This document shows positions 30,963-43,006 of a stretch of DNA of 64,000 nt, one piece after another. This DNA comes from a plasmid. Position numbers and translations under genes: made by a program. Below the pieces are notes generated by a model. That model did not search any database, was not told the origin of the DNA, and worked only from the letters and a program-made list of their open reading frames with translations. The number at the start of each line of letters is the position of its first letter. The first letter of the stretch is position 1. The stretch lies in sequence record NZ_CP070571.1, one strand, 5' to 3'.

Positions 30963-32532
30963 AGCGGATAAGGGCAAAATCTGCCTGGGGGCATTGCTTT
31001 TTACCCCCCTTGTTACGTGGTTTATCGCGGCGAAAGCCTTGTATGGTTTTACGCCAAAAGATGCGCGTGAACGTCTGGTTTTACTTATTCAGCAGACTTT
31101 TGATTTATGGCCTTTATGGGGTGCTTTATTAGTCGGTGAAATTATTGCCATCATAGGCTTAATCATATTTTTCAAATTTAATCACCAGATATTTAAAGGT
31201 GCACCATTTAAGAAAATATATCGTGGTACGCGGCTTGTTTCTCAGCGGGCTTTAGCATCCATAACTAAAGAAAGAGAGCCGCAAATAACAATAGCCGATA
31301 TTCCAATCCCTACAAAAGCGGAAGGTACACATATTTCAATAGCCGGGGCGACCGGTGTTGGTAAATCAACAATCTTTGCTGAAATGATGAAATGTTGCTT
31401 GATGCGTGGAAAAATGCAACGTGTTGCCTCAAATAAAGACCGCATGATAATCCTCGATCCAGATGGCGATTTCCTTTCTCGTTTTTATAAAAAAGGCGAT
31501 AAGATTTTAAATCCCTATGATGCCAGAACAGAAGGGTGGGTATTTTTCAACGAAATAAAAAGTGATTTTGACTTTGAGCGATTCGGTGTTTCTATCGTAC
31601 CTACAGCGAAGGATTCGCAAACAGAAGAATGGAATGGATACGGTCGTCTTTTATTTACCGAGGTATCCCGTAAAGTATTTAACACAAGTCGAAACCCAAC
31701 GATGGAAGAAGTATTCTACTGGACAAATGAAGTACCACTGGAAGAACTTGAAGAATATGTCAGAGGCACTAAAGCACAGGCTTTATTTGCTGGTAGCGGT
31801 CGGGCCGTTGGTAGTGCTCGCTTTGTGCTTAGTAATAAACTTGCCGCTCACCTGAAAATGCCAGCAGGGAACTTCTCAATTCGTGAATGGCTGGAAGATC
31901 CGAAAGGCGGGAATCTGTATATCACCTGGACAGATGAAATGCGTGAAGCCTTGAAATCGCTTATTTCATGCTGGACAGATAGCATATTTTCTATTGTGTT
32001 AGGTATGAGCAAGAGCAACTCCCGTAAAATCTGGACGTTTATAGATGAACTGGAATCCCTTGATTACCTGCCATCATTACGTGATGCGTTAACAAAAGGT
32101 CGTAAAAAAGGACTACGGGTTGTCACCGGCTATCAGTCTTATTCGCAGGTCATTAGCATCTATGGCAGTGATGTAGCTGAAACCCTTCTGTCTAACCATC
32201 GTACATCGGTTGTTATGGCCGCTGGTCGCCTGGGTGAAAGAACCCTCGAATTTGTCTCTAAATCATTGGGGGAGATTGAGGGCGAAAGAGAAAAAACGGG
32301 GATTAGCCGCCGCTTTGGTCAGTTGGGAACCAAAAATACCAATGATGATCACAAGCGCGAGCGGGCTGTAACGCCAACCGAAATCGCCACGCTGGATGAT
32401 CTGACCGGCTACATCGCGTTTCCAGGAAATCTGCCAGTGGCTAAATTTGAGACTCATCACGTTAACTACACTCGTTCTAACCCTGTACCGGGCGTGGTCT
32501 TACGTGAAAGCACCGCATTTGCAGGAATGTAA
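30955..32532 (+). CDS. virD4: type IV coupling protein (VirD4/TrwB/TraJ family)
   Basis: 525 aa. N-terminal TM helices. Walker A GATGVGKST. Confidence 0.9.
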   Translation: MNEADKGKICLGALLFTPLVTWFIAAKALYGFTPKDARERLVLLIQQTFDLWPLWGALLVGEIIAIIGLIIFFKFNHQIFKGAPFKKIYRGTRLVSQRALASITKEREPQITIADIPIPTKAEGTHISIAGATGVGKSTIFAEMMKCCLMRGKMQRVASNKDRMIILDPDGDFLSRFYKKGDKILNPYDARTEGWVFFNEIKSDFDFERFGVSIVPTAKDSQTEEWNGYGRLLFTEVSRKVFNTSRNPTMEEVFYWTNEVPLEELEEYVRGTKAQALFAGSGRAVGSARFVLSNKLAAHLKMPAGNFSIREWLEDPKGGNLYITWTDEMREALKSLISCWTDSIFSIVLGMSKSNSRKIWTFIDELESLDYLPSLRDALTKGRKKGLRVVTGYQSYSQVISIYGSDVAETLLSNHRTSVVMAAGRLGERTLEFVSKSLGEIEGEREKTGISRRFGQLGTKNTNDDHKRERAVTPTEIATLDDLTGYIAFPGNLPVAKFETHHVNYTRSNPVPGVVLRESTAFAGM

Positions 32533-32534
32533 AT

Positions 32535-35444
32535 ATGCTGAACATTACGACGATTACCCGCCAGCGTGTCGATAAGGTTGTTGATTACTATGCTGATGGC
32601 GCAGACGATTACTATGCGAAAGACGGTAACGCGATGCAGTGGCAAGGCGCTGGCGCGGAAGAACTGGGCTTAACCGGCGAGGTAGAACAAAAACGGTTTG
32701 CGAAATTGCTTGATGGCAAAGTAACGGATGACATTTCCGTGATGCGTAAAACGGCCAACAGCGAAAGCAAAGAACGATTGGGATACGATCTTACGTTTTC
32801 CGCGCCGAAAGGCGTTACGCTTCAGGCACTGGTCAACGGTGATAAACGTATCATTGAAGCGCACGATCGGGCGGTCACTAAAGCCATCGAGGAAGCGGAA
32901 CGGCTGGCACTAGGCCGCTTTACCGTCAATAAAAAAACGCACGTTGAAAACACGAATAAGCTGATTGTCGGCAAATTTCGACACGAAACGTCACGCGAGC
33001 TAGACCCGGATTTGCACACCCATGCCTTTGTAATGAACCTCACCAAAACCAGCGATGGTAAATGGCGTTCGCTCACGAATGACGGCATTGTGAATTCGCT
33101 TACGTTATTGGGTAACGTTTACAAATCCGAGCTGGCAAGAGAGCTGGAGCTGGCCGGTTACAACCTGCGTTATGATCGGAATGGTACGTTTGATTTGGCG
33201 CATTTCAGCCAGGAGCAGATAGCCCAATTCAGCCAGCGCAGCCAGCAGATTGAGGCCGAGTTAGCAAAGAATGGTTTAAGCCGTGAAACGGCCAGCCATG
33301 AGCAAAAAAATGCGGCCGCTCTGAAAACTCGTAAAAGCAAAGGCGAAGTAGATCGCGATGTACTCTATGAGGGCTGGAAAAACCGCGCCAAAGAGCTTCA
33401 GATTGATTTTGATAGCCGGGAGTGGAAAGGTGCGGCCAACGACGATATAGCGCGGAATACGCAGCCAGCGGCGCTGGAAAAGCCTATCGAGTACCAGGCT
33501 GACAAGGTAATGACCTTTGCCATTCGTTCACTTACCGAACGTCAATCGGTGATTACCGAGCGGGAGCTGATGGACGTGGCGATGAAGCATGGCTATGGCC
33601 GCTTAACCCTCGATGATATTCGGGCTGCGAGAGAACGGGCCATAACCTCCGGCAACCTCATCAAAGAAGAAGCAACATACGCAGCGGCCACGACCAATAA
33701 AAAACAGCAGAACGTAGCAATGACCCGCGAACAATGGGTAACGGAACTGGTGAAAGCTGGCCGCAATAAAGATGAGGCCCGTAAACTCGTAGATAAGGGC
33801 ATCACAAACGGGCGGCTGGTACAGCAAAAGCCGCGTTTTACCACACAGTTAGCTCAACAACGCGAACGCAACATACTGAAGATGGAGCGGGAAGGGCGCG
33901 GAAAGATCCAGACCCCATACACTCGCGAGTTTAGCGAGGGCTGGTTAGCCAGCAGAACGTTAAAACCCGAACAGTTAAAAGCGGTTATGGGAATTATTCA
34001 TACCCCCAACCAGTTTATTTCTGTACATGGGTTTGCCGGTACTGGCAAAAGTTATATGACCAAATCGGCAGCGGATTTTCTAAAAGAGCAGGGCGTACAC
34101 GTCACCAGTCTTGCCCCCTACGGTAGCCAGGTTAAAGCGCTTCAGGCTGAAGGGCTGGAATCTCGCACACTCCAGTCTTTCCTCCGGGCCTCAGATAAAA
34201 AAATTGGCCCCGGCTCAGTAGTTTTTATTGACGAAGCAGGGGTAATCCCGGCCCGCCAGATGGAGGAAACCATGCGCGTGATCCGCGATGCGGGCGCACG
34301 AGCGGTATTCCTGGGCGATACTAAACAGACTAAAGCCGTCGAAGCGGGTAAACCTTTCGAGCAGCTTATTAAAGCCGGTATGGAAACGGCCTATATGAAA
34401 GATATTCAGCGCCAGAAAGACCCGGAATTGCTGAAAGCCGCGCTAAATGCAGCAGAAGGGAAAATAAAGGCGTCGTTGACCCACGTAACCAGCATCGTAG
34501 AGGAAAAAAATCATGATCAGCGCTACCGCCGCATTGTCGGGGATTACGTGGCAATGCCGCCGACAGACCGGGCTAACGCCCTGATCATCACCGGCACGAA
34601 CGACAGCCGGAAAAAAATTAATGAGTACATTCAGGCCGAGCTGGGGCTAAAAGGCCAGGGTATCAATTACCCGCTTCTGAACCGTCTTGATACCACTCAG
34701 GCCCAGCGGCAGCACAGCAAATATTACGAAAAAGGAGCCGTGATTATCCCGGAACGGGATTACAGCAACGGGCTGAAACGCGGGGCCGTTTATACCGTTC
34801 TCGATACCGGCCCCGGCAATAAACTTACGGTAAGCGACGGCAGCGGCGACACAATCGCATTTTCACCGGCGCGATTTTCCAAATTATCCGTGTACTCAGT
34901 TGAAAAAACGGAGCTGGCCGTAGGCGACCAGGTAAGGATCACCCGTAACGATGCGCATCTGGATTTAGCGAACGGCGACCGTTTTAAGGTAAAAGGCGTC
35001 CAGAGTGGTGAGGTACTGCTGGAGAACGAGAAAGGGCGACTGGTAAAAATTGATGCCAACAAACCTATGTATTTAGGGCTGGCTTACGCTTCGACCGTTC
35101 ATAGCGCTCAGGGGCTAACCTGCGACAAGGTTTTTATCAATATGGATACCCGATCACTCACAACGGCCAAAGATGTTTATTACGTGGCTGTCACCCGCGC
35201 TAAACACGAAGCCGTCATTTACACAGACGATGAGAAGAAGCTGGATAAAGCGGCCAGCCGTGAAGGGTTCAAAACCGCCGCGCTTGAGCTGGAACAACTC
35301 AAACGCTATGCCAAAGAGCAGCAGCATGATGCCCGCGAAAAAGGCCGAGACAAAACCGAGCCGACGCAGGAAAAAGACAATTCCAAGCGTAAAGGCAAAG
35401 GTCATGACAAAAATAACGACGAGAGAGCATTTACCTCGCTCTAA
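32535..35444 (+). CDS. traI: MOBF relaxase-helicase (TrwC/TraI family)
   Basis: 969 aa. N-terminal relaxase with histidine triad HTHAFVMN. C-terminal helicase Walker A GFAGTGKS. Confidence 0.9.
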   Translation: MLNITTITRQRVDKVVDYYADGADDYYAKDGNAMQWQGAGAEELGLTGEVEQKRFAKLLDGKVTDDISVMRKTANSESKERLGYDLTFSAPKGVTLQALVNGDKRIIEAHDRAVTKAIEEAERLALGRFTVNKKTHVENTNKLIVGKFRHETSRELDPDLHTHAFVMNLTKTSDGKWRSLTNDGIVNSLTLLGNVYKSELARELELAGYNLRYDRNGTFDLAHFSQEQIAQFSQRSQQIEAELAKNGLSRETASHEQKNAAALKTRKSKGEVDRDVLYEGWKNRAKELQIDFDSREWKGAANDDIARNTQPAALEKPIEYQADKVMTFAIRSLTERQSVITERELMDVAMKHGYGRLTLDDIRAARERAITSGNLIKEEATYAAATTNKKQQNVAMTREQWVTELVKAGRNKDEARKLVDKGITNGRLVQQKPRFTTQLAQQRERNILKMEREGRGKIQTPYTREFSEGWLASRTLKPEQLKAVMGIIHTPNQFISVHGFAGTGKSYMTKSAADFLKEQGVHVTSLAPYGSQVKALQAEGLESRTLQSFLRASDKKIGPGSVVFIDEAGVIPARQMEETMRVIRDAGARAVFLGDTKQTKAVEAGKPFEQLIKAGMETAYMKDIQRQKDPELLKAALNAAEGKIKASLTHVTSIVEEKNHDQRYRRIVGDYVAMPPTDRANALIITGTNDSRKKINEYIQAELGLKGQGINYPLLNRLDTTQAQRQHSKYYEKGAVIIPERDYSNGLKRGAVYTVLDTGPGNKLTVSDGSGDTIAFSPARFSKLSVYSVEKTELAVGDQVRITRNDAHLDLANGDRFKVKGVQSGEVLLENEKGRLVKIDANKPMYLGLAYASTVHSAQGLTCDKVFINMDTRSLTTAKDVYYVAVTRAKHEAVIYTDDEKKLDKAASREGFKTAALELEQLKRYAKEQQHDAREKGRDKTEPTQEKDNSKRKGKGHDKNNDERAFTSL

Positions 35445-35721
35445 CTGACTAATCCCCCGAACAGCACCGGCAGAACAAACCCACCCCGGATTATTGGGAG
35501 CCGGTATTGTCCGGGGGGCATTATCGTAGCATTTGTGTTGCATACAGCCCGTAAAAACTCATTCAGTGAACTTGAACAACCGTTTGTGTGGCCACGTCGC
35601 CGGCAGCAGCTGGCCAACGCCGGCGCCGAAAACGAGAAGTGAATAAAAACATAAAGTTATGAGGGGAGGGGATAAGAAAAGGGCATTCAAAAATTTCGAT
35701 GCCCTTTTGTGGAAACCTGCG

Positions 35722-35916
35722 CTATCGCGGGGAAAAACCTTCTTCGGCCATTGCCCTCTGTAATTTATCGACGGCATCCTTGATGACATACGCCTCGTCA
35801 TCATCAACAGCACACCCCCGTAAATCACTCCACGTCAACCGCTTAACAAACTGCGCCAGCGCCAGCGCTTCTTTGTCATCCAGCTCTAAAGACAACGTGT
35901 TGATACCTTGACCCAT
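35722..35916 (-). CDS. hypothetical protein (64 aa)
   Basis: ORF 12 nt downstream of the GNAT gene. Confidence 0.35.
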   Translation of the reverse strand: MGQGINTLSLELDDKEALALAQFVKRLTWSDLRGCAVDDDEAYVIKDAVDKLQRAMAEEGFSPR

Positions 35917-35927
35917 AACCCACCTCG

Positions 35928-36422
35928 TTAGTCTGTAAAACGGTACGTTTTCTTACCGCCCTGCGTTTCATGAATCAGCTTAAACCCGCTTCCGGCCAGC
36001 AGTCTCATCATTTTTGTGGCCGGGGGGAGACAGGAGGCTTCCAGCCGGTGTCCGGGCGTGGCTTCGATGATTGAGGCAAGCATACTCTTTCCAATGCCTT
36101 TACCCTGCTCATCAGCCGCAACAGCGAACATACGGATCTCAAGATGAGATGCCCGGCCCGCAAAATCATTGCGGCCGGTTAACAGCGAAAATCCCACCGG
36201 CTGCCGCGTTAACTTCTCGGCAAAGACAAAGAGATAATCCCCTACGGGGATATTATCTCTGTATTGTTGGGTGACACTTTGTAGCTCAGATCTCACTGTT
36301 TCAAGACCGTTGCCCTCGGCATAGAAAAATGCGCCAGATGTTATCCCATCGCGCACCAGGTTCATGATGAAAGGAATATCGCCGCTGTTTCCTAATCGCA
36401 TATCAAGCATATCGTTCTCCAT
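35928..36422 (-). CDS. GNAT-family N-acetyltransferase
   Basis: Start taken at Met30 of ORF 35928-36509, whose ATG overlaps the nuc stop by 1 nt (translational coupling). AcCoA motif QGKGIGKSML. Confidence 0.65.
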   Translation of the reverse strand: MENDMLDMRLGNSGDIPFIMNLVRDGITSGAFFYAEGNGLETVRSELQSVTQQYRDNIPVGDYLFVFAEKLTRQPVGFSLLTGRNDFAGRASHLEIRMFAVAADEQGKGIGKSMLASIIEATPGHRLEASCLPPATKMMRLLAGSGFKLIHETQGGKKTYRFTD

Positions 36423-36976
36423 CAATAAGACGGGGTAAAATCCCGGCCCTGATTCCAGCGTGATTGCCAGTGCTTCAGGTACTGCCCGGCCAGTTCTGGC
36501 GCGTCCCACATCACAATCGCGTTTTCAGAGTTATATTTCTCGGCACTGGCCGTGTAGTTAAAACTGCCAGTTTCCACATGACGGCCATCAACGATGATCA
36601 CCTTGTCATGCTGGATTTTGTAGTTACTGTTAACCCGCAGCGGAATACCCGCGTTCGTAACAAGATTCATTGCCGCACGACTTGCGCGGCCCGTATTGCC
36701 ATTCTCATCAACGACAATTTTCACGTCTACACCGCGGCGTTTGGCCGCAATCAGCGCTTTCATAATATCGGGGGCGGTAAAGCTGTAGGCCATCATTCTG
36801 ATGTTATCTTTTGCCGAGCCGATTACGTTGATAACGAGCTGCTGCGCGGTTCCTTCCGGCGAGAAACCTACTTGCGCCGATGCAGCAAAAAGAGACGGGG
36901 CCGAAGCCCCGTAAAGTACGGCGGCAACCAGTGCCGCTTTAAAGAGAAAGTTGCGCTTTTTTAAACGCTGGATCAT
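36422..36976 (-). CDS. nuc: Nuc-like phospholipase-D-family periplasmic endonuclease
   Basis: Signal peptide [43 protein letters not shown] motif. Start chosen downstream of the virB11 stop. Confidence 0.8.
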   Translation of the reverse strand: MIQRLKKRNFLFKAALVAAVLYGASAPSLFAASAQVGFSPEGTAQQLVINVIGSAKDNIRMMAYSFTAPDIMKALIAAKRRGVDVKIVVDENGNTGRASRAAMNLVTNAGIPLRVNSNYKIQHDKVIIVDGRHVETGSFNYTASAEKYNSENAIVMWDAPELAGQYLKHWQSRWNQGRDFTPSY

Positions 36977-37970
36977 AAAGAACCTCAACAATCTGGCGGT
37001 GTTCCATGTACACCACAACATCTATCGTGGTGTACAGCGTTTTCATAATCACGTCATAATCCAGCGTCTGGCCGACGCCGGTTTGCTTGATAAGCAGCGC
37101 AATACGGCTGAAAGTGGATTTTGCATCGTCGGCGTGGGTGGATGTGATCCCGCCCGGATGCCCGGTATTCAGCGAGTTTATGTAATCCCATGCTGCATCA
37201 TCCCTAAGCTCTGTCATCATGATACGGTCGGGAGAAAGACGCATACACGCTTTCAGGCTGACCGCCGGGGCCAGACGGCCATCCTGATCGCCGTACAGCA
37301 TATAAACCATTTCGTGATGCAGATCAGACCCAATTTCGTGAACGTCCTCTGAAACTACAATGCGCTCGGTATAAGGCACTTCCCGAAGCAGGGAGCGGGT
37401 AAACGTTGATTTACCCGAACCGGTAGACCCTGATACAACGATGTTCAGCTTGTTGCGTACCGCAATTTTAAAAAACGAAACGAGGTCGTCTTTATCGAGC
37501 AACTCCAGCAATTCTTGCTCGAATGGCTGAAGGGCTACTTCACCCTGAACCTTTCGTTTCCAGCCAGTGAAACGGCCCTCATCGCGGAGTTGTTCAAGAG
37601 ACTTATCAACGGGCAGATGCTTACGAAACGCGATGGCTACTGTTCCCTCCAGTACGGCAGGGGGTAAGCAAATAATTCCCCTTGAGCCGTCCGGCAGAAG
37701 CACGTTATTAACGGACTCTTTCGGTAGTCCGTTATAACCACAAAGCGTGTCGGTTAAGCGTGATATATATTCAGCCGTAATTTTCTCATCGTCGTGGAAA
37801 ATACGACCTTTCGACGTTTCACAGACAACCTGCTGATACTTGTTAATTCTCAGCTCCCACACATCGGGATCACTCAGGTAGCGCTGAAGTGGTTCGAGCG
37901 TCAGCCATACCCCCTGCTCACGGCGGGGGCGTTGGCGAATATCTTGAATATTACTGGTTAACTCAGTCAT
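36939..37970 (-). CDS. virB11: VirB11-family T4SS ATPase
   Basis: 343 aa. Walker [10 protein letters not shown]. Confidence 0.9.
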   Translation of the reverse strand: MTELTSNIQDIRQRPRREQGVWLTLEPLQRYLSDPDVWELRINKYQQVVCETSKGRIFHDDEKITAEYISRLTDTLCGYNGLPKESVNNVLLPDGSRGIICLPPAVLEGTVAIAFRKHLPVDKSLEQLRDEGRFTGWKRKVQGEVALQPFEQELLELLDKDDLVSFFKIAVRNKLNIVVSGSTGSGKSTFTRSLLREVPYTERIVVSEDVHEIGSDLHHEMVYMLYGDQDGRLAPAVSLKACMRLSPDRIMMTELRDDAAWDYINSLNTGHPGGITSTHADDAKSTFSRIALLIKQTGVGQTLDYDVIMKTLYTTIDVVVYMEHRQIVEVLYDPAFKKAQLSL

Positions 37971-39117
37971 TCATTTCTAACCCATATACAGTGCTGAAAT
38001 CCAGATCGCGGGCTACGTAGATAGATACGGCATCGCCCTGCGCAGCGTAGAGCGTTGGCGGGATATTAATCTTCGCCCGTAATGCTTCAGTAGCAAGCTG
38101 GTCGGTACTGTTTTCCGTTGTGTTAAACGACACATCAGAGTTGTTGTTGTTAATCGACGCGATACCGGCTTTCATGCCATCAGTCAGCACAGAGAAGAAA
38201 ATGGCATCGCCCATTCGTTCCCAAAAGTGAGAGTTGACCTGACCAGGTACGCCCGCACTACCTAAAGCGTTAGTGCCGCTGCTGTCGAGGTTAACAATGG
38301 TCTGATCCGGGTTACGCAAGCGTGACCAGAGAACGAACACACGATTCTGGCCGTTCTGGATACCGCTATTCTGCTCGCCAGTGACCACAGCCCCTTTATC
38401 AATCAGTTTTACAGTACCATCAGCAGAGTACACATCACGGCTTACAGTACATTTCACCTGGCCCGGAACCGTGGTATCCAGTTCCGTATTTGTACCGCAA
38501 GGAATCATTGTTCCCTGCGCAATGGTCAGATTTGGATGCGGCATTACAGATGCCTGGGCAACAGCCATACGCGCCGGTTTCATTCGGCTCGCCAGTGCCT
38601 GGCTGTTTGAGCTGGTTTCTGTATTGTCCTGACCTGACCGGCGTTCCTGTTCTTTCGCAGTCGTAGCCTGTTTCTCAGGATCAACACCGTTGAAGGACAC
38701 CCCTAACCGGGCGCGCATAATTTTTTCTTCCGGTGATAATTCCTTTTTCTGGTTATTCAATGTTTGACGCGCAACCTGCTGCTGCGGCTCCTGCGTTGTC
38801 TGCAACGGAGGAACAACGCTATTTTTCGGCGTGTTGTCGATGGTCGGCGGCACATCATCAAAAGACTGGCGCGGTAAGGAGCTGGTCATAACCTGCTCTT
38901 TATCCTTTTTGGGATCGTCGGCCAGCTTCTTAACGTGCATCTGGTTATAGATGAACCACCCCACCATTGCCGAACCGATCAACACCATCAGCCCGACAAA
39001 GGCCCGCGCACCGGCAATACGTTTTTTGGGGGAACCACTGAAGCCCTGACGCTCATCCTCAATGCCGGTATCTTCTTCATCGAGGTAATCTAAATTTTCC
39101 TCTCTGTCTTTTCTCAT
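37963..39117 (-). CDS. virB10: VirB10-family T4SS protein
   Basis: 384 aa, Pro-rich region after the TM. Confidence 0.85.
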   Translation of the reverse strand: MRKDREENLDYLDEEDTGIEDERQGFSGSPKKRIAGARAFVGLMVLIGSAMVGWFIYNQMHVKKLADDPKKDKEQVMTSSLPRQSFDDVPPTIDNTPKNSVVPPLQTTQEPQQQVARQTLNNQKKELSPEEKIMRARLGVSFNGVDPEKQATTAKEQERRSGQDNTETSSNSQALASRMKPARMAVAQASVMPHPNLTIAQGTMIPCGTNTELDTTVPGQVKCTVSRDVYSADGTVKLIDKGAVVTGEQNSGIQNGQNRVFVLWSRLRNPDQTIVNLDSSGTNALGSAGVPGQVNSHFWERMGDAIFFSVLTDGMKAGIASINNNNSDVSFNTTENSTDQLATEALRAKINIPPTLYAAQGDAVSIYVARDLDFSTVYGLEMND

Positions 39118-40001
39118 GATTTATCCCCCTCACCCTTTTTCACGCGCTTAACGTCTGGTGACGTAGTGCCGGTACTGATCGCCCCAAGATTTGGGTTGTA
39201 ATTCATATTCAGGACACCCACGACTTTATTTCCGTAACGAATACGCCATTCTTTCGCTACCGTTTCAGCCACAACAATGTTGTTATATTCCCCGGCTGGA
39301 TGCTGGTTAACGGTATGCTCTTTACCATCATCACCAATATAGAAAACAACGGGTAAATCTGCGTTTGCAGGGAACTTGAAGTAAGTGAAACGGAAATTAT
39401 CCCAAACGTTTACCGGGGCCACAGTCCGATATTCATCTTCATCTGACATTTTATAAAGCAGGTTGTAAGGCCCGTTCTGAAGGTCTTTCAACGCCTTTTT
39501 CACGCGGTTACTTTCCAGCGTTTTATTAGCCTTTTTCATATCCTCAAATGGATAGAGGTAAGTAAGCTGGAGCGTGGCATTTTTCATGCTCCACGGCGTC
39601 TTGATAAAGTTGGCTTTAACGTTACCCTGCGCGTCTTTCGTGGTGTAGTCACCTACATAGTGCAACACAATGTTATAGGTGCGTTTGTTCGTGACCAGAA
39701 CAAGGTTAGTATCGCTAGGAACTTCCCCTTTCGGCTTGATAAACATGTTGTTTTCAACATGGGTAAACGCATAACTATTGCTGTCACCAAAAGCGTGTGT
39801 CACATAGCTTTCATCTGGCGCAACCACGATATGAGTGGCAACACCGGCAACGGAATCAATACGCACCACGTCAACCGGGTTATACACCACGGATTTAATA
39901 CGGTAGTCGTATGGGCTACCTTTTCCCACTTCCAGCGCCAGCGCCTGACCAGAGAGGCCGAGGCTGACCAGAATTAAACCGGCGATTAATTGTTTTTTCA
40001 T
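39114..40001 (-). CDS. virB9: VirB9-family T4SS protein
   Basis: 295 aa, signal peptide. Confidence 0.85.
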   Translation of the reverse strand: MKKQLIAGLILVSLGLSGQALALEVGKGSPYDYRIKSVVYNPVDVVRIDSVAGVATHIVVAPDESYVTHAFGDSNSYAFTHVENNMFIKPKGEVPSDTNLVLVTNKRTYNIVLHYVGDYTTKDAQGNVKANFIKTPWSMKNATLQLTYLYPFEDMKKANKTLESNRVKKALKDLQNGPYNLLYKMSDEDEYRTVAPVNVWDNFRFTYFKFPANADLPVVFYIGDDGKEHTVNQHPAGEYNNIVVAETVAKEWRIRYGNKVVGVLNMNYNPNLGAISTGTTSPDVKRVKKGEGDKS

Positions 40002-40003
40002 GA

Positions 40004-40720
40004 TCAGCCTCCCACTGCGCCAACGTTCTCAGCGTTCTTACGGTAACTCGTTACACGGAAGCCAAGCGGGTTGATATAGCGCTGCTGCGCGGTCATTGGT
40101 AACGCTTTGTACTCGTACGCAATCGTGGCAATCCAGTAGCGCGGCGGCTCAGGGTTCGGACGCTGGCGAATGCGCTGCTGCGTGGTAAAGCGAACGGTGG
40201 CAACACCGTGTTCGCGGTCGGTGATCACCGAGTTGATATGAACGGTCGTTCTTTCAGAGTCACCCAACCGCTTATCAATACGGTTCGGGCCTTTGAACAT
40301 GGAGAGATATTCATCAGCTACATCACCGGAAGCCATCAGGCTCATGGCGTCATAATCAACCTGAATGCTGTTGTAGTCGTAGGATTCACGGTGAATAACA
40401 AATTGTGAAATCCAGTATTGGTCTATCACGTCGCCATAAGTCGCTTCATCGCGGGTAATTTTCACCTGCGAAACTTCGCCCGTATCTTTGTTAATCGTGG
40501 TGAGGTATGCCGGTAACGGCTGCGCAAAGCGGATAATGACGCCGACCGCAGTAACCATACTCACCACGGCAAAGACGAAAAAGGCCGTGGCAATCTTCCA
40601 GGCACGAGAGCGGGAATTAAGGATCTCATTAACCATATCGCGCTCAAGCCCTTGAGTTTCCTCATGGTACTTATTCAGATCTTCCCGCGATATCGCTTGA
40701 TTTTTGTTCTTCTTCAACAT
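40004..40720 (-). CDS. virB8: VirB8-family T4SS protein
   Basis: 238 aa, single N-terminal TM. Confidence 0.85.
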   Translation of the reverse strand: MLKKNKNQAISREDLNKYHEETQGLERDMVNEILNSRSRAWKIATAFFVFAVVSMVTAVGVIIRFAQPLPAYLTTINKDTGEVSQVKITRDEATYGDVIDQYWISQFVIHRESYDYNSIQVDYDAMSLMASGDVADEYLSMFKGPNRIDKRLGDSERTTVHINSVITDREHGVATVRFTTQQRIRQRPNPEPPRYWIATIAYEYKALPMTAQQRYINPLGFRVTSYRKNAENVGAVGG

Positions 40721-40722
40721 TG

Positions 40723-40893
40723 TTACTCTCCGTTGTTAGCGGCATCTGCACGATACAGCTCGGCGGGATACGTCTTATTAACATCAACCAGCTTTTTCAT
40801 GTTGGGTTCTGGCGGCGGCGTCGGGCTACTGGAACAGGCGGCCAACAGCAGCCCGATAAGTGCCATTGCCGTGTATTTGAAGAAATGCACCAT
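40723..40893 (-). CDS. virB7: VirB7-like small lipoprotein
   Basis: Start at internal Met giving MVHFFKYTAMALIGLLLAACSS lipobox. Lies between virB8 and virB6. Confidence 0.6.
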   Translation of the reverse strand: MVHFFKYTAMALIGLLLAACSSSPTPPPEPNMKKLVDVNKTYPAELYRADAANNGE

Positions 40894-40987
40894 CTTTGTC
40901 ACTCCCTTTGAGTCAATCACAAAAAAATAATAAGTCATCGAAATTACAATTTCAATGACTTATTAGAAATTAATTTCTACTCCCTTT

Positions 40988-42031
40988 TTAGCGCCGTGAC
41001 CCCTTTGCAAAACCCTGCATTTGGGAACCCGCAGCGGTGGCCGCTCCCGCGCCGGGGCCACCGGCAGCCGTAGCCGCCGCAGTCTTAGCGCCAGTACCGC
41101 CCCCGGCACCTGTAGCGCCTTTTTGACCACCAGGCTGATTGCCACCACCGCCAGCTCCACGGCCACCGCCACCGGCGTTAGGTATCAGTTCCTGAATACC
41201 CGCAGAAATACCATCCCCCCAACGGGAGGCTATTTCAGGAATGCGCATCAGGATCAGGTAAGAGACAATCATTATCAGCAGACACGCGAACACCGGCCCT
41301 AACAGGCTACTGTCAGCCCCGGAAGCGGTGACGGCATCGAGCGCTTTTTGATAGAACTTAATCATCAGGCCAAACAGCATCGACAGCAGAATTGTTACCA
41401 GTGCATAGTTAACCATCGAGCCAAGCCATTTATTGAACATGCCATACAGCGGCTTGAACAACAGGCAGAAGATGAAGATAGGCCCAAAGCAGACAGTGAT
41501 TGCCAGCAGTAACTTCGCCATCAGTACCAGCCCGGCCCCGATACCACAGATCAACACCGTGGAAATAATGACCGCGCAAGCCAGGAATAATGACGCCAGC
41601 CCGGAACCGCTATAAATATCGGCGTTATCAAATGCAGTACGCGCTACTTGCATCCCGTCATGGATGGCCTTGTCGATGTTGTTACCCATTGCATCTTCAG
41701 TGCCACCGGACGAACCGTTAATAACCAGTACAGAGGAAAACTCATCCGGGATCTTCATGGCCGCATCAGCCAGTTGGGTTTGATACAGCCCGCCCGCGCT
41801 GGCAAAGCTGATTATCATCGACCACACAATGAATTTTTTTATCAACGATGAGAGTGGCTCACCGTGTGGCCGGGCTAATGTAAACAGCCCGTCCAGGGTG
41901 AGTTTGCAAATCAACGCCAACCCAATTACCGGTGAAATAGTGGATATAACAACTCCGAGATTAGAGGCCACAAATTCCTTTGTGACCGTATCCATGTAAT
42001 TGAAAATATCCGTTGTAAATGAAAAGGCCAT
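40988..42031 (-). CDS. virB6: VirB6-family polytopic inner-membrane T4SS protein
   Basis: 347 aa, multiple TM helices, Gly/Ala-rich C-terminal tail. Confidence 0.85.
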   Translation of the reverse strand: MAFSFTTDIFNYMDTVTKEFVASNLGVVISTISPVIGLALICKLTLDGLFTLARPHGEPLSSLIKKFIVWSMIISFASAGGLYQTQLADAAMKIPDEFSSVLVINGSSGGTEDAMGNNIDKAIHDGMQVARTAFDNADIYSGSGLASLFLACAVIISTVLICGIGAGLVLMAKLLLAITVCFGPIFIFCLLFKPLYGMFNKWLGSMVNYALVTILLSMLFGLMIKFYQKALDAVTASGADSSLLGPVFACLLIMIVSYLILMRIPEIASRWGDGISAGIQELIPNAGGGGRGAGGGGNQPGGQKGATGAGGGTGAKTAAATAAGGPGAGAATAAGSQMQGFAKGSRR

Positions 42032-42049
42032 GCTTTCCCCCTACCCTAA

Positions 42050-42286
42050 TCAGGGCGTGACTTTTGGCATTGAGAGGCCATCATCACTTTTGCCAAACAC
42101 TTTCAAATCTTTCTCTGCTTCCAGCGCGTTCTGACAATCCGGCTTCACTTTAAGCGCCGCATCATCACGACATTTTTCCACCATCGCTTTACGCTCCTGA
42201 TCGTGTTCCTTGTACCAGGAAACAGGATGTTCAGAATCACAACCGGCCAGCAGGAAAAGAGCTAAAGGTAAAATCAGTTTTTTCAT
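42050..42286 (-). CDS. eex: entry-exclusion lipoprotein (Eex-like)
   Basis: 78 aa, MKKLILPLALFLLAGCDSE lipobox. Lies between virB5 and virB6 as in IncN/IncW. Confidence 0.7.
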   Translation of the reverse strand: MKKLILPLALFLLAGCDSEHPVSWYKEHDQERKAMVEKCRDDAALKVKPDCQNALEAEKDLKVFGKSDDGLSMPKVTP

Positions 42287-42289
42287 GGT

Positions 42290-42997
42290 TTATTCCGTTA
42301 CGTTAGGCATGGAAAGATCTTCACCGTCAGCGCCGAGGACAAAGCGCTTCTGGGCGTATTGTTTTTGTTCCTGCAAAATCTTGTCTTGCGAGGTTTGCAG
42401 CATCGCCATCAGTTGCAGCTTCGTTTGCTCCCCCTGAATAGCACCTTGCGCGGTCTGGATACGCGCCTGAAGGTCAGCGATTTGTTTCATGTCCGTGGTT
42501 GAGTCAATCTGATTGGTCAGCTCCTGAATGTTATTCAGCTCCGCCATTTCATTGTTGTAAGCGTTCTGCGCCATCACACGGTCATACGCCCCTTTCTCCG
42601 CCAGCTTCTGCTTGATGAAACTCATCGCTTCGGTACGGTTCATACCGTCGATCTGCGACTGAAAGTCCTTCAGCATGGATTGAGCAGATGAGGTGATACC
42701 TGAACTGCTGTTCATGGCATCGCTGTACACCTGCGTCCAGTCAGACGGTAAATTGCCTTTCAGCGTACTAATATCGCCATTCAGCAAATTACCAATGCCA
42801 GAGCTGCCGGTTAAGGAGGCCAGCGTTTGCTCCTGCTTCAGCAATTGAGATTTGAGCTGTTCAATTTGCTGCGTCATTAATGTGACCTGCTGAAGCGCCT
42901 GGGCCAGATTTGCAGGATCGTTAACTACCAGTTGCGCATTAACTGCAACCGGCGAAATAGCCAGAGCTAAAACAAGGCTTGCAAGTGTCTTTTTCAT
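42290..42997 (-). CDS. virB5: VirB5-family minor pilin
   Basis: 235 aa, signal peptide, coiled-coil. Confidence 0.8.
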   Translation of the reverse strand: MKKTLASLVLALAISPVAVNAQLVVNDPANLAQALQQVTLMTQQIEQLKSQLLKQEQTLASLTGSSGIGNLLNGDISTLKGNLPSDWTQVYSDAMNSSSGITSSAQSMLKDFQSQIDGMNRTEAMSFIKQKLAEKGAYDRVMAQNAYNNEMAELNNIQELTNQIDSTTDMKQIADLQARIQTAQGAIQGEQTKLQLMAMLQTSQDKILQEQKQYAQKRFVLGADGEDLSMPNVTE

Positions 42998-43006
42998 GTC
43001 GTTACC